The notes beneath the pieces are model-generated. The model saw only the letters and a program-made list of their open reading frames with translations, ran no database searches and was not told where the DNA came from. Below, in pieces: positions 1 to 11,289 of a stretch of DNA of 64,000 nt. The number at the start of each line of letters is the position of its first letter. Within the stretch, counting starts at the first letter, position 1. A program made the position numbers and the translations under genes. Origin of the DNA: Oscillospiraceae bacterium. Its GTDB lineage: Bacteria; Bacillota; Clostridia; Oscillospirales; Ruminococcaceae. The stretch spans positions 6,624-70,623 of the forward strand of contig JAFTTH010000021.1 of the NCBI GenBank assembly GCA_017466885.1, written 5' to 3'.

Positions 1-41
1 CGCGATATGTTATCATCAAAAACAAAACCGTTTCCAAACTG

Positions 42-452
42 TTGATTGGACAATCTGATCCTGTAAATAGCCGCACAAAGAATGCCAAAACAAATAGGAA
101 TAAACTTACGTATTGTGGAATCATTTTTTATGGGCTGTTTCTTTTGTTATGTGGTTTTTCGGTTGTTATGACCTTGCTTCCAGATTTTCCGTGCGAGAGT
201 TTTGTTGTTGATTCAAGATATATGTATTTAGTTGGTGATACTCTTAATCAAAAACTACCACTTGCTTTTGCCTTTACTCTTTTGTTTGTTGAAACTGCGG
301 TTCATTTCATAAACACATCAAAATACGCAATTGAAAAAACTACTGCAAAAAAGTTCACAGGTTTTATATACTATTTTTTCTCCATATTATTTTCTACCGG
401 TGCTATCGGCAGTTTATGGTTAGCAATTACAACTATCATTGAAGCAATATAA
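42..452 (+). CDS. hypothetical small integral membrane protein in an AT-rich block
   Basis: 136-aa ORF whose TTG start overlaps the TGA (43-45) of a partial ORF entering from the left edge. It has 3-4 long hydrophobic segments and is followed directly by a strong hairpin terminator. No family recognised. Confidence 0.4.
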   Translation: MIGQSDPVNSRTKNAKTNRNKLTYCGIIFYGLFLLLCGFSVVMTLLPDFPCESFVVDSRYMYLVGDTLNQKLPLAFAFTLLFVETAVHFINTSKYAIEKTTAKKFTGFIYYFFSILFSTGAIGSLWLAITTIIEAI

Positions 453-483
453 AAGGCTTGACCGTTTGGTCAAGCCTTTTTTC
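451..483. terminator. bidirectional intrinsic terminator between convergent ORF 42-452 and spoVAC
   Basis: 11-bp perfect stem AAGGCTTGACC (453-463) / GGTCAAGCCTT (468-478) with loop GTTT. Flanked by an A-run upstream and a T-run 477-482. Confidence 0.8.
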
Positions 484-484
484 G

Positions 485-931
485 TTAGAATAAAGTTGTT
501 ATCCAATAAATCAAACCATAAACTACGGATGCCGAAACGCCATAGACAATTACCGGGCCTGCTATTGTGAATATTTTAGCGCCGACGCCGAGGATAAACC
601 CTTCACTCTTAAACTCAATGGCAGAGGAGACCACCGCATTGGCAAAGCCGGTAATGGGAACGAGAGTACCGGCGCCGGCTACCTTTGCAATATTATCATA
701 GATGCGGAGGCCGGTCAGAAGGGCGCTGAGAGCCACCAGGGTGACCGAGACCAGACAGTAGCCGGTTTTTTCGTCCAGCCCAAGCTGACGGTAAAGTGCA
801 AATAAAAGCTGCCCCAAAACACATACCCCCCCGCCGATCAGGTAGGCGCAGAGGAGGTTCTTTCCCATCCGGGAGTTGGGGCTTTTTTCTTTTACCATTT
901 TTTGGTATTGGTTTTTTGTGGGAGCTGCCAT
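485..931 (-). CDS. spoVAC: stage V sporulation protein AC (SpoVAC)
   Basis: 148 aa, 4 TM. Characteristic SpoVAC blocks are visible: KxxSP near the N-terminus, LLTGxxIYD, AGAGTLVPITGFANAV and EFKSEGFILGVG. Confidence 0.8.
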   Translation of the reverse strand: MAAPTKNQYQKMVKEKSPNSRMGKNLLCAYLIGGGVCVLGQLLFALYRQLGLDEKTGYCLVSVTLVALSALLTGLRIYDNIAKVAGAGTLVPITGFANAVVSSAIEFKSEGFILGVGAKIFTIAGPVIVYGVSASVVYGLIYWITTLF

Positions 932-1078
932 GGCTTTCCGTCCTTTCGGGTCTTTTCCATAGCATTTGCAAAGGGGACGTTTTTATTCGGAAAAGCTTGT
1001 CTAAAAACCATTTCTGCAGGAGGATTTTTTTGCCGTCCAAATAGGCGATTTTTATAAAAAAAACTTGTCCTTTTTTCG

Positions 1079-1107
1079 TTGCACCCCGGGGAAAAATGTG
1101 CTATAAT
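1079..1107 (+). promoter_or_regulatory. sigma-A type promoter upstream of dnaA
   Basis: TTGCAC (1079-1084), 17-bp spacer, extended -10 TGcTATAAT (1099-1107). It lies about 135 nt upstream of the dnaA ATG. Confidence 0.5.
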
Positions 1108-1241
1108 TGATAGGATGGATAATCGCGCGGAAAAATGGTTTTTTCCCATCTCCTTCCGGAAATAAAGAGAGGCTTTTTCCGGTGCCGGATCGCGGATTCG
1201 GCGGATTTTGAAAAGATATTATATTGTAAAGGAGAAGCAAA

Positions 1242-2570
1242 ATGGATTCGTTTAACGATTTGTGGCAGGTTGTTTGCGACTATTGCAAGGGGAAGGTGTC
1301 GGATGTTGCTTATACCCTTTGGATCACCTCCCTTGAGCCGGTGAGCTTTGAGGATAATACTGCGATCCTCTATGTCAAAAGCAAGTTTCAGCAGAAGATC
1401 ATCAATGAAAAATATGTTCCCCTTTTTAAGGAGGCCTTTTTGGAGGTATTGGGAGATCCGGTAGAGATCCGGATCACCACCGAGGAGGATAAACCCTCGG
1501 GGTACGTTTCCCCCTCCCAGCCGGAGCAGGAGGATCCCTATTCTGCAAAAGCCGGAGAGTATGAGTATACCTTCAATACCTTTATTGTCGGTCCCTCCAA
1601 TAACTTTGCCCACGCAGCTTCTATGGCGGTTGCAAAGAATCCCTCCAAGGCGTATAACCCCCTCTTTATTCATGGCGGGAGCGGTCTGGGAAAAACCCAC
1701 CTTCTTTGCTCCATTGCCCACGAGATCGGCCAGAATAACCCCAACGCCCGGATTGTTTTCGTAACAGGGGAGCAGTTTACCAACGAGATTATTGACGCCA
1801 TCCAGAAAAAAACTACCGCTGAGTTTCAGGAAAAGTACCGGAAGGCGGATGTCCTTTTGGTGGATGATATTCAGTTCATCGGCGGTAAACGTTCCACCGA
1901 GGAGGAATTTTTCCACACCTTCAATGCTCTTTACGATGCACAAAAGCAGATCGTCCTGACCAGTGACCGGCCTCCCCGGGAGATGGTCTCTTTGGAGGAG
2001 CGGATCCGCACCCGGTTTGAAAGCGGCCTGCTGGCGGATGTTCTCCCCCCCGACTTTGAAACAAGGGTGGCCATCATCCGGAGAAAGGCAGAGCTTCTTT
2101 CCATTGACCTGCCGGATGACGTGGTGGAATATATTGCCAACCGGTTAAAGACCAATATCCGTCAGCTGGAGGGTACCGTTAAAAAGCTTCGGGCTTATAA
2201 GCTCCTGGAAGGAATTTCTCCCTCCATTGCCACCGCGCAGAACGCCATTCGGGATATTCTCAACGATAATCAGCCGGTCAGCGTGACGGTGGATAAGATC
2301 ATCAATGAAATTTCCCGGACCTACGGTGTCCTCCCCGAGGATATCCGCTCCAAAAAGCGGGTCGGATCGATTCCCGAGGCCCGGCATATTGCCATTTATA
2401 TCGTCCGGCAGATTACCCAGCTTTCCACCGAGGAGATCGGTAAGGAGTTTGGAGACCGGCATCATTCCACCGTTGTTTACTCCATTCAAACGGTGGAGGA
2501 GCTGATGCAGCAGGATAGCCGGAAAAAAGAAATCGTGGACGATATTATCAAAAATCTCCGTGGAAAATAA
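1242..2570 (+). CDS. dnaA: chromosomal replication initiator DnaA
   Basis: 442 aa. Walker A GGSGLGKTHL, AAA+ box VLLVDDIQF, and a C-terminal DNA-binding domain (HSTV...). RBS AAGGAG upstream. Confidence 0.97.
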   Translation: MDSFNDLWQVVCDYCKGKVSDVAYTLWITSLEPVSFEDNTAILYVKSKFQQKIINEKYVPLFKEAFLEVLGDPVEIRITTEEDKPSGYVSPSQPEQEDPYSAKAGEYEYTFNTFIVGPSNNFAHAASMAVAKNPSKAYNPLFIHGGSGLGKTHLLCSIAHEIGQNNPNARIVFVTGEQFTNEIIDAIQKKTTAEFQEKYRKADVLLVDDIQFIGGKRSTEEEFFHTFNALYDAQKQIVLTSDRPPREMVSLEERIRTRFESGLLADVLPPDFETRVAIIRRKAELLSIDLPDDVVEYIANRLKTNIRQLEGTVKKLRAYKLLEGISPSIATAQNAIRDILNDNQPVSVTVDKIINEISRTYGVLPEDIRSKKRVGSIPEARHIAIYIVRQITQLSTEEIGKEFGDRHHSTVVYSIQTVEELMQQDSRKKEIVDDIIKNLRGK

Positions 2571-2578
2571 TCCCCCTC

Positions 2579-2800
2579 TTTTCCACAAGTTCTTCCGAGT
2601 TATTCCACATTTCTCCGCAAGCTTCCACAGCCGGAAAAGTTATTCGTTTTTCTCCGCGAGCCCTCCGCTTCTTCTCCACCGGAGTCAACGAAACTTTTTT
2701 GAGCCGGTAAAAGGGCTCGTCCCACTTTTCCACAATTTCACAGAGTACAACTATTACTACTATTTTATTCCTACCTACATACCTTCCTGAAATTTTCCGT
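2579..2800 (+). promoter_or_regulatory. oriC segment: DnaA-box cluster plus AT-rich unwinding-type stretch in the dnaA-dnaN spacer
   Basis: Same-orientation 9-mers TTTTCCACA (2579-2587), TATTCCACA (2601-2609), GCTTCCACA (2631-2639) and TTTTCCACA (2726-2734) resemble TTATCCACA. An AT-rich tract ACAACTATTACTACTATTTTATTCCTACCTACATACC follows at about 2747-2785. Confidence 0.6.
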
Positions 2801-2840
2801 TTCCGGAAAAGATTGGAAGAGCAGAAAGGATCGGTAACCG

Positions 2841-3956
2841 ATGAAATTCCAATGCGACCGCCAAACCCTCTCGGATATTCTCAATAACGTATCCCGGGGA
2901 GTCAGCGCAAAATCCAACGTCCCGGTTTTGGAGGGACTTCTTCTGACCTTGAAAAACGGAATCCTGACCGTAACAGCTTACGATCTTGAGCTGGGGATCC
3001 GGGCCTCCTTTCCGGTAAGAATGGAATCGGAGGGAGAAATTATTCTTCCCGGCCGGCTCTTTACCGAAATGGTCCGCCGGTTTGAAGGGGAGACCGTCCT
3101 TTTTGAGGCAGACGAAAAATTCACCGTGAATATCCGTTGCGGGGATAGCTTGTTTGACGTGATCGGAATGGATGCAAACGATTATCCCCAGCTGCCTGAG
3201 ATTTCCGACTATCAGACCTTTGCCATTGATAAGGTGACCTTCTCCAGTATGGTTCGGCAGACTCTTTTCGCCGTGGCGAAGGATGAATCCCGCCCGGTTC
3301 ATAAGGGCTCCAAGATCACCCTGGGGAATGGAGAGATCGAGATTGCCTCGGTGGACGGTTACCGTCTTGCCCTTCGCCGGGAAAAGATGGATTCGGATGG
3401 GGATGCCTCCTTTATTGTTCCGGGGAAGACTCTGGCAGAGGTGCAGAAGCTGATTGCCGGGGATGAAGAGGGTCAGATCGGGATCAGCCTGGCAAGAAAA
3501 TATATCGTTTTTTCTGTGGATGGATATACCTTTATTTCCCGTCTTTTAGAAGGAGAGTTCCTCAATTATAAGGAAACCATTTCCTTTGAGGGAAAGGTTA
3601 CCGTTCAGGTGAATGCGAGAAAGGTCATCGACTGTCTGGAGCGGGCGGGACTGCTGATCCGTTCCAACGTCAAAAGCTATATTATCTGCAAAATTGAGGA
3701 AGATGCTATCTCCTTCCATTGCCGGACGGCTTTGGGCAAGTTTTATGACCGGATTCCTGCTGCCGTTACCGGGGAGGGGCTTTCCATCGGGTTTGATATT
3801 TCTTATCTTTTGGATGCCCTCCGCAACAGTGAGACGGATGAGCTCCGGTTTGAGATCGTCGGGCCGCTGTCTCCTATGAAGATCGTTCCGGTGAAGGGGG
3901 ATTCCTTCCTCTTTATCGTTACCCCGGTTCGGATCAAGGGAGAATTTTCTGTTTGA
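2841..3956 (+). CDS. dnaN: DNA polymerase III beta sliding clamp
   Basis: 371 aa. Conserved position after dnaA and typical three-domain clamp length. The N-terminus MKFxCxRxxL is typical. Confidence 0.95.
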   Translation: MKFQCDRQTLSDILNNVSRGVSAKSNVPVLEGLLLTLKNGILTVTAYDLELGIRASFPVRMESEGEIILPGRLFTEMVRRFEGETVLFEADEKFTVNIRCGDSLFDVIGMDANDYPQLPEISDYQTFAIDKVTFSSMVRQTLFAVAKDESRPVHKGSKITLGNGEIEIASVDGYRLALRREKMDSDGDASFIVPGKTLAEVQKLIAGDEEGQIGISLARKYIVFSVDGYTFISRLLEGEFLNYKETISFEGKVTVQVNARKVIDCLERAGLLIRSNVKSYIICKIEEDAISFHCRTALGKFYDRIPAAVTGEGLSIGFDISYLLDALRNSETDELRFEIVGPLSPMKIVPVKGDSFLFIVTPVRIKGEFSV

Positions 3957-3970
3957 AAGAAGGACGAAAC

Positions 3971-4177
3971 GTGAAGGAGCTTTCCATCAATACTGAATAT
4001 ATCACCCTTTCTGCAGCGCTGAAGTTTTCCAATATCTGTATGTCAGGCGGCGAAGCGAAAATGGCCATTCTGGATGGTCTTGTATCGGTCAACGATGAGG
4101 TTTGCCTGATGAGAGGGAAGAAGCTTCGCCCGGGAGACCGGTTTTCTGCATTCGGGGAAAGCTACGTGATCGTATGA
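3971..4177 (+). CDS. yaaA: S4-domain RNA-binding protein (YaaA family)
   Basis: Small ORF between dnaN and recF, as in Bacillus. The GTG at 3971 sits behind GAAGGA, whereas the track start 3953 overlaps the dnaN stop. Its stop overlaps the recF ATG (ATGA). Confidence 0.7.
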   Translation: MKELSINTEYITLSAALKFSNICMSGGEAKMAILDGLVSVNDEVCLMRGKKLRPGDRFSAFGESYVIV

Positions 4178-5295
4178 GACTGAAAAACCTCACTCTAAAA
4201 AATTACCGGAACTTTTCCCATCAGAATTTGGAGTTTGACCCCGACTTCAACCTTTTTTACGGGCAGAACGGTCAGGGAAAAACAAACCTTTTGGAGGCCA
4301 TCTGGCTTTTATGCGGGGCAAAAAGCTTTCGTCCCGGGTCGGCCGAATCCTTCGTGCGGTTTGGGGAGGAAGGGTATTGTTTAGAGAGTAATTTTTTCAG
4401 CGGAGAGCGGGATCAGACCTCTGTGATCCGCTGGTATGAGGGGAAGAAAAAAATCCTCCGCAACGATGTTGAATTAACTTCCCCGGCGCAGTTATGCGAA
4501 AGCTTTTACTGCGTGGTGTTTCACCCGTCGGTCTGCGAGATCGTTTCGGGTGCCCCGGCGGACAGACGCCGGTTTTTGGATACTGCCATTACCTGCATTT
4601 ATCCGGCTTATTACCGGATCTGCAGTGATTATGCAAAGCTTGTGGCCAACCGGAACCGGATCCTGCGGGATCTTTCCTACCAGTCGGCCCTCCTTGACCT
4701 TTTGGAGGAGTATGATGTTGCCCTGGCTTCTGCCGCCGTGCAGATGACCCGGTACCGGGCAAGCTACTGTGCCCGTCTTTCGGAAAAGGCCGCCGGCTTT
4801 TACCGGGGGATCTCCTTTGAAAAGGAGCCTTTGAGCCTTTCCTATCAGACCTCCGTTCCCGGGTTTGAGGTTTTGGCCGCGGAGGATCCCCGGGAGGCCG
4901 CGGAGGAGTTTGTCCGGATTCTCCGGAGCAGAAGAAAGGAAGAGGTGGAGCAGAAAACCACCCTTCAGGGACCCCATCGGGATGATCTTTCTCTTTCCAT
5001 CTTTGACCGGAATGCCCGGGAGTTTGGATCGGTGGGGCAGCAGAGGAGCATTGTGATCGCTCTGAAGCTGGCCGAGGCGGAAATTTTAGAAGAAAAGCGG
5101 GGAGAGCCGCCGGTGATCCTTTTGGATGACGTTCTCTCTGAGCTGGACCGGGAGCGGCAGGGATATTTGCTGGACCGGTTTTCGGGAAATCAGATTTTTG
5201 TAACCTGCTGCGATATTGACCCCTTCAGCCGGATGAGCAGGGGAAAGGCCTTTGAAATCAAGGGCGGCAGGGTCAACCGGGAAAGCAGCTTTTAA
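4174..5295 (+). CDS. recF: DNA replication/repair protein RecF
   Basis: N-terminus MRLKNLTLKNYRNF, Walker A GQNGQGKTNLLEA, and a signature/Walker B region (LLDDVLSELD). Start reset to ATG 4174 inside the longer track ORF. Confidence 0.92.
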   Translation: MRLKNLTLKNYRNFSHQNLEFDPDFNLFYGQNGQGKTNLLEAIWLLCGAKSFRPGSAESFVRFGEEGYCLESNFFSGERDQTSVIRWYEGKKKILRNDVELTSPAQLCESFYCVVFHPSVCEIVSGAPADRRRFLDTAITCIYPAYYRICSDYAKLVANRNRILRDLSYQSALLDLLEEYDVALASAAVQMTRYRASYCARLSEKAAGFYRGISFEKEPLSLSYQTSVPGFEVLAAEDPREAAEEFVRILRSRRKEEVEQKTTLQGPHRDDLSLSIFDRNAREFGSVGQQRSIVIALKLAEAEILEEKRGEPPVILLDDVLSELDRERQGYLLDRFSGNQIFVTCCDIDPFSRMSRGKAFEIKGGRVNRESSF

Positions 5296-5309
5296 AAGGA
5301 GCAGGAAAA

Positions 5310-7549
<2,240 letters not shown>

Positions 7550-7554
7550 AAAGA

Positions 7555-7630
7555 GAAGTCGGAGGGAAGGGTGTCGCACCTTTGGGGAGAGTCCCCGGGG
7601 CGGCACTTCCTCCGGCTTTTTGCGTTTTTG
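7555..7630 (+). terminator. probable intrinsic terminator after gyrB
   Basis: Long imperfect GC-rich hairpin (GTCGGAGGGAAGGGTGTCGC ... GGCGGCACTTCCTCCGGC) followed by TTTTTGCGTTTTTG. Confidence 0.45.
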
Positions 7631-7681
7631 TGGCGTGTGACGGTTTTGTGATGAAAAGGATTTTCGGAAAGGAGGCACCCA

Positions 7682-9415
7682 ATGAAGCTGCTTCGTTATT
7701 TGAAGCCCTACTGGTATTTCGCTTTGCTGGCACCTCTGTGTATGATTTGCGAAGTGACGGTGGATCTGTTCCAGCCGCGGCTGATGTCCGCCATTGTGGA
7801 TGAGGGTGTTTTGACAGGGGATCTCAATTTTATTATTACAACGGGTATTAAAATGATCCTTCTTGCAATTTTAGGGGGGTTCGGCGGGCTGGCAAGTGCG
7901 GGATTTGCCTCGGCCGCCGCCCAAAGCTTCGGCAATGACCTGCGGAAGGATACCTACCACGCGGTGATCCGTCTTTCCCCCGGGCAGACCGACCGGTTTA
8001 CCACCGGCTCCCTCATCACCCGGCTGACAGGGGATGTGACCACCCTCCAGGAGATGGTGGGAATGGCCCTGCGGATGTTCGTCCGCTCCCCCATGATGTT
8101 TCTGGGGGGAATCGCTATGGCCCTGACCCTGGATATTCGATTCGGGTTGATTCTCCTTCTGGCACTGCCCCTGGAGCTTGCGGCCATTTGGCTGGTGCTG
8201 GGAAAGGCAAGACCCTTTTTTGTGGTGGTGCGGGAAAAGCTGGACCGGGTCAACTCGGTGCTGCTGGAAAATGTATCGGGGGCGCGGGTGGTCAAGGCCT
8301 TCGTCCGGGAAAAGCGGGAGACAGACCGGTTTTCCCAGGCAAACGATGACTTTATGCAAACCTCTCTCCGGGTCCAGAGGCTGATGGCTGTGATCCACCC
8401 GGTGATGAATATTATCCTGAATGTTTCCATCCTTACCATTATTTATATTGGCGGTTGGGCGGTGGAGGCCCGGGAGATGCAGGTGGGCCAGGTAATGGCC
8501 GCCGTTACATATGTAACACAGATATTGATGTCTATTATGATGATCAGTATGATGTTTCAGAATATTTCCCGGGCGACTGCCTCGGCAGGGCGGGTGCGGG
8601 AGGTGCTTTCCACCGCCCCCGAGCTGGCCGACGGACAAGTGACCCTTCCGTCCGCCCCCGGAACCCTTGCCTTTGAGGGGGTTTCCTTTTCCTATAACGG
8701 GGCGGAGGCCGAGCCGGTGCTGAAGGATATTTCCTTCCGGGTTGCCCAGGGGGAATGGGTGGCGGTGCTGGGCGCCACCGGGTCGGGAAAGACCTCCCTT
8801 GTCAACCTCATCTCCCGGTTTTACGAGCCAACCGCCGGACAGGTTTCGGTGGGCGGTCTCCCGGCCGGGGAGTATACCCTCAAGGCTCTGCGGGAGCAGA
8901 TCGGCTATTGCTTGCAGAAAAGCGAGCTTTTTTCGGGGACGATTGCAGAAAATATTGCCCAGGGAAAGGAAAATGCTACCCGGGAGGAGATCGTTGCGGC
9001 GGCGAAGATCGCCCAGGCCGATTCCTTCATTACCTCCTTTGTGGATGGGTACGATACCGTCATCGGGGAGAAGGGGGCATCCCTTTCGGGGGGACAAAAG
9101 CAGCGGGTTTCCCTTGCCCGGGCCATCCTTCGCCGTCCCGATATTCTCATTTTGGATGACTCTACCTCGGCGCTGGATCTGGGGACGGAATCCCGGCTTC
9201 ACGCCGCTCTCCGGAAGGAGTTTGGAAAAACAACCGTTCTGATTATTGCCCAGCGGATCGCATCGGTCCGGAATGCGGATAAGATCATTGTTTTGGATAA
9301 GGGAAGGATCGTTGGGCTGGGGACCCACCGGGAGCTGCAAAAAAACTGCGAGGTTTACGGTGAGATCTGCCGGTCCCAGGGGATCGACCCAGAGGAAGGG
9401 GGCGCTGACCAATGA
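7682..9415 (+). CDS. ABC transporter permease/ATP-binding protein (type I exporter half-transporter)
   Basis: 577 aa. Six-TM N-terminal domain, then Walker A GATGSGKTS, signature LSGGQKQR and Walker B ILILDD. Confidence 0.88.
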   Translation: MKLLRYLKPYWYFALLAPLCMICEVTVDLFQPRLMSAIVDEGVLTGDLNFIITTGIKMILLAILGGFGGLASAGFASAAAQSFGNDLRKDTYHAVIRLSPGQTDRFTTGSLITRLTGDVTTLQEMVGMALRMFVRSPMMFLGGIAMALTLDIRFGLILLLALPLELAAIWLVLGKARPFFVVVREKLDRVNSVLLENVSGARVVKAFVREKRETDRFSQANDDFMQTSLRVQRLMAVIHPVMNIILNVSILTIIYIGGWAVEAREMQVGQVMAAVTYVTQILMSIMMISMMFQNISRATASAGRVREVLSTAPELADGQVTLPSAPGTLAFEGVSFSYNGAEAEPVLKDISFRVAQGEWVAVLGATGSGKTSLVNLISRFYEPTAGQVSVGGLPAGEYTLKALREQIGYCLQKSELFSGTIAENIAQGKENATREEIVAAAKIAQADSFITSFVDGYDTVIGEKGASLSGGQKQRVSLARAILRRPDILILDDSTSALDLGTESRLHAALRKEFGKTTVLIIAQRIASVRNADKIIVLDKGRIVGLGTHRELQKNCEVYGEICRSQGIDPEEGGADQ

Positions 9416-11289
9416 GCGGACAAAGACCTGCCCCCACCGCCCGGGAGATGGGTTTCCGACCTATGGGCCGCGGCCCGGGACGGGGCGGACCCGGCGGACC
9501 CTTGGGCAGACCGGTGGAAAAGCCCAAGGAGATGAAAAAGACCCTGTTTCGTCTGTTCCGATATATTGGGGGGAGCAAAAAGCTTTTCTTCTCCCTTCTT
9601 TTGGTGATGCTTCTGATCACCGCGCTCAGCCTTGCGGCACCCACCCTTCAGGGAATGGCCATTGACCTGATTACTCCTCCGGAGGGGGATTTCTCCGGGT
9701 GGAATATCGACTTCGGCCGCCTGCTGGAGCTTTTGGGAATTATGGGCTGTTGCTACGGCCTTTCGGCGGCGCTTTCCTATCTTCAGGGGATTCTTTCGGC
9801 AAAGCTTTCCCTCCAAACGGTCCGGGATATGCGCCGGGATTTGTTTGGGCGGCTGGTGCATCTGCCCATCCCCTTCTTTGACCGGCACCGCCACGGAGAT
9901 ATTCTCAGCCGCACCACCAACGATGCGGAAAACGTGGCGCACACCATTGCCCAGTCCATTGCCTCCCTCTTTTCGGCCATTCTCACCGTAACAGGGGCAC
10001 TGGTGATTATGCTCATCAAGAGCCCTCTTCTGACGGCGGTGGCGGTGGTGACCGTTCCCATGAGTATGTTTGTGACCTTTTGGGTCTCCAAGCGGGTACG
10101 GAAGTTCTTTGTCCGTCAGCAGCAGCTTTTGGGCGAGCTCAACGGTCAGATCGAGGAGACGGTGACCGGCTTCCGGACCGTTACCGCCTACTCCCGGGAG
10201 GACACGGTGGTGGAACAGTTTTCCAAAACCAGCACCGAGCTTCGGCGGATCGGGATCCGCGCCCAGATCTTCGGCGGAATTATGGGCCCTTTGATGAACG
10301 TGATCGGAAACTTCGGATACCTGCTGATTGCGGCGGCGGGCGGCTGGCTTGCCCTGGAGGACGTAATCACCATTGGCACCATTCAAGCATTTTTGCTTTA
10401 CTCCAAGCAGTTTACCCGCCCGGTCAACGAGATTGCCCAGCAGGCGACCTCCATTCTCACCGCCATTGCCGGTGCCGAGCGGATCTTTGAGGTGATGGAC
10501 ACCCCGCCCGAGCCTTTGGAGGGACGGGAGGATTTCGATCCGGAAAAGATGGTTGGAAAGATCGAGTTCCGGGATGTTCATTTCTCTTATATTCCGGAAG
10601 AGCCGGTTTTGCGGGGTGTTTCCTTTACTGCCCTGCCGGGACAGAAGATCGCCATTGTCGGGGCGACGGGGTCGGGCAAGACCACCGCGCTGAATCTTTT
10701 GACCCGTTTTTACGAGCCGGACGCCGGCGGCATTTATCTGGACGGGGAAAACATCCGTGATATTCCCTTGGAGAAGCTCCGGGCGGGGATCGCCGTTGTT
10801 TTGCAGGACACGGTGATTTTTTCCACCACTGTTGGCGAGAATATTCGTTACGGCAGGGAAAACGCCACCGAGGCTGAGCTTCTTTCGGCCGCGGATGCGG
10901 CGGAGGTGCTTTCCTTCACCGCCAATCTTCCCCAAGGGATGGACACCCCTCTTTCCGAGGCAGGAAGCAATCTCAGCCAGGGTCAGCGCCAGCTGATTGC
11001 CATTGCCCGGGCCTGCCTGGCCGATCCCCGGATTCTTGTGCTGGATGAGGCGACCTCCAGCGTGGACACCCGCACCGAGATGAACATTCAGACGGCTATG
11101 ACCCGCCTGATGGAGAATCGGACCAGTCTGATTATTGCCCACCGCCTTTCCACCATCCGGGATGCGGACAAGATCCTGGTTATGGAGGGTGGAGTGATTG
11201 CCGAGGAGGGGACCCACCAGGAGTTGCTTGCCCGGAAGGGTTGCTACTACCGTCTTTATCAAAGCCAATTCGAGGGCTACGCCACCTAA
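9412..11289 (+). CDS. ABC transporter permease/ATP-binding protein (partner half-transporter)
   Basis: 625 aa. Its ATG overlaps the upstream stop (ATGA). Gly/Pro/Arg-rich N-terminal extension, Walker A GATGSGKTT, signature LSQGQRQL and Walker B ILVLDEATS. Confidence 0.88.
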   Translation: MSGQRPAPTAREMGFRPMGRGPGRGGPGGPLGRPVEKPKEMKKTLFRLFRYIGGSKKLFFSLLLVMLLITALSLAAPTLQGMAIDLITPPEGDFSGWNIDFGRLLELLGIMGCCYGLSAALSYLQGILSAKLSLQTVRDMRRDLFGRLVHLPIPFFDRHRHGDILSRTTNDAENVAHTIAQSIASLFSAILTVTGALVIMLIKSPLLTAVAVVTVPMSMFVTFWVSKRVRKFFVRQQQLLGELNGQIEETVTGFRTVTAYSREDTVVEQFSKTSTELRRIGIRAQIFGGIMGPLMNVIGNFGYLLIAAAGGWLALEDVITIGTIQAFLLYSKQFTRPVNEIAQQATSILTAIAGAERIFEVMDTPPEPLEGREDFDPEKMVGKIEFRDVHFSYIPEEPVLRGVSFTALPGQKIAIVGATGSGKTTALNLLTRFYEPDAGGIYLDGENIRDIPLEKLRAGIAVVLQDTVIFSTTVGENIRYGRENATEAELLSAADAAEVLSFTANLPQGMDTPLSEAGSNLSQGQRQLIAIARACLADPRILVLDEATSSVDTRTEMNIQTAMTRLMENRTSLIIAHRLSTIRDADKILVMEGGVIAEEGTHQELLARKGCYYRLYQSQFEGYAT

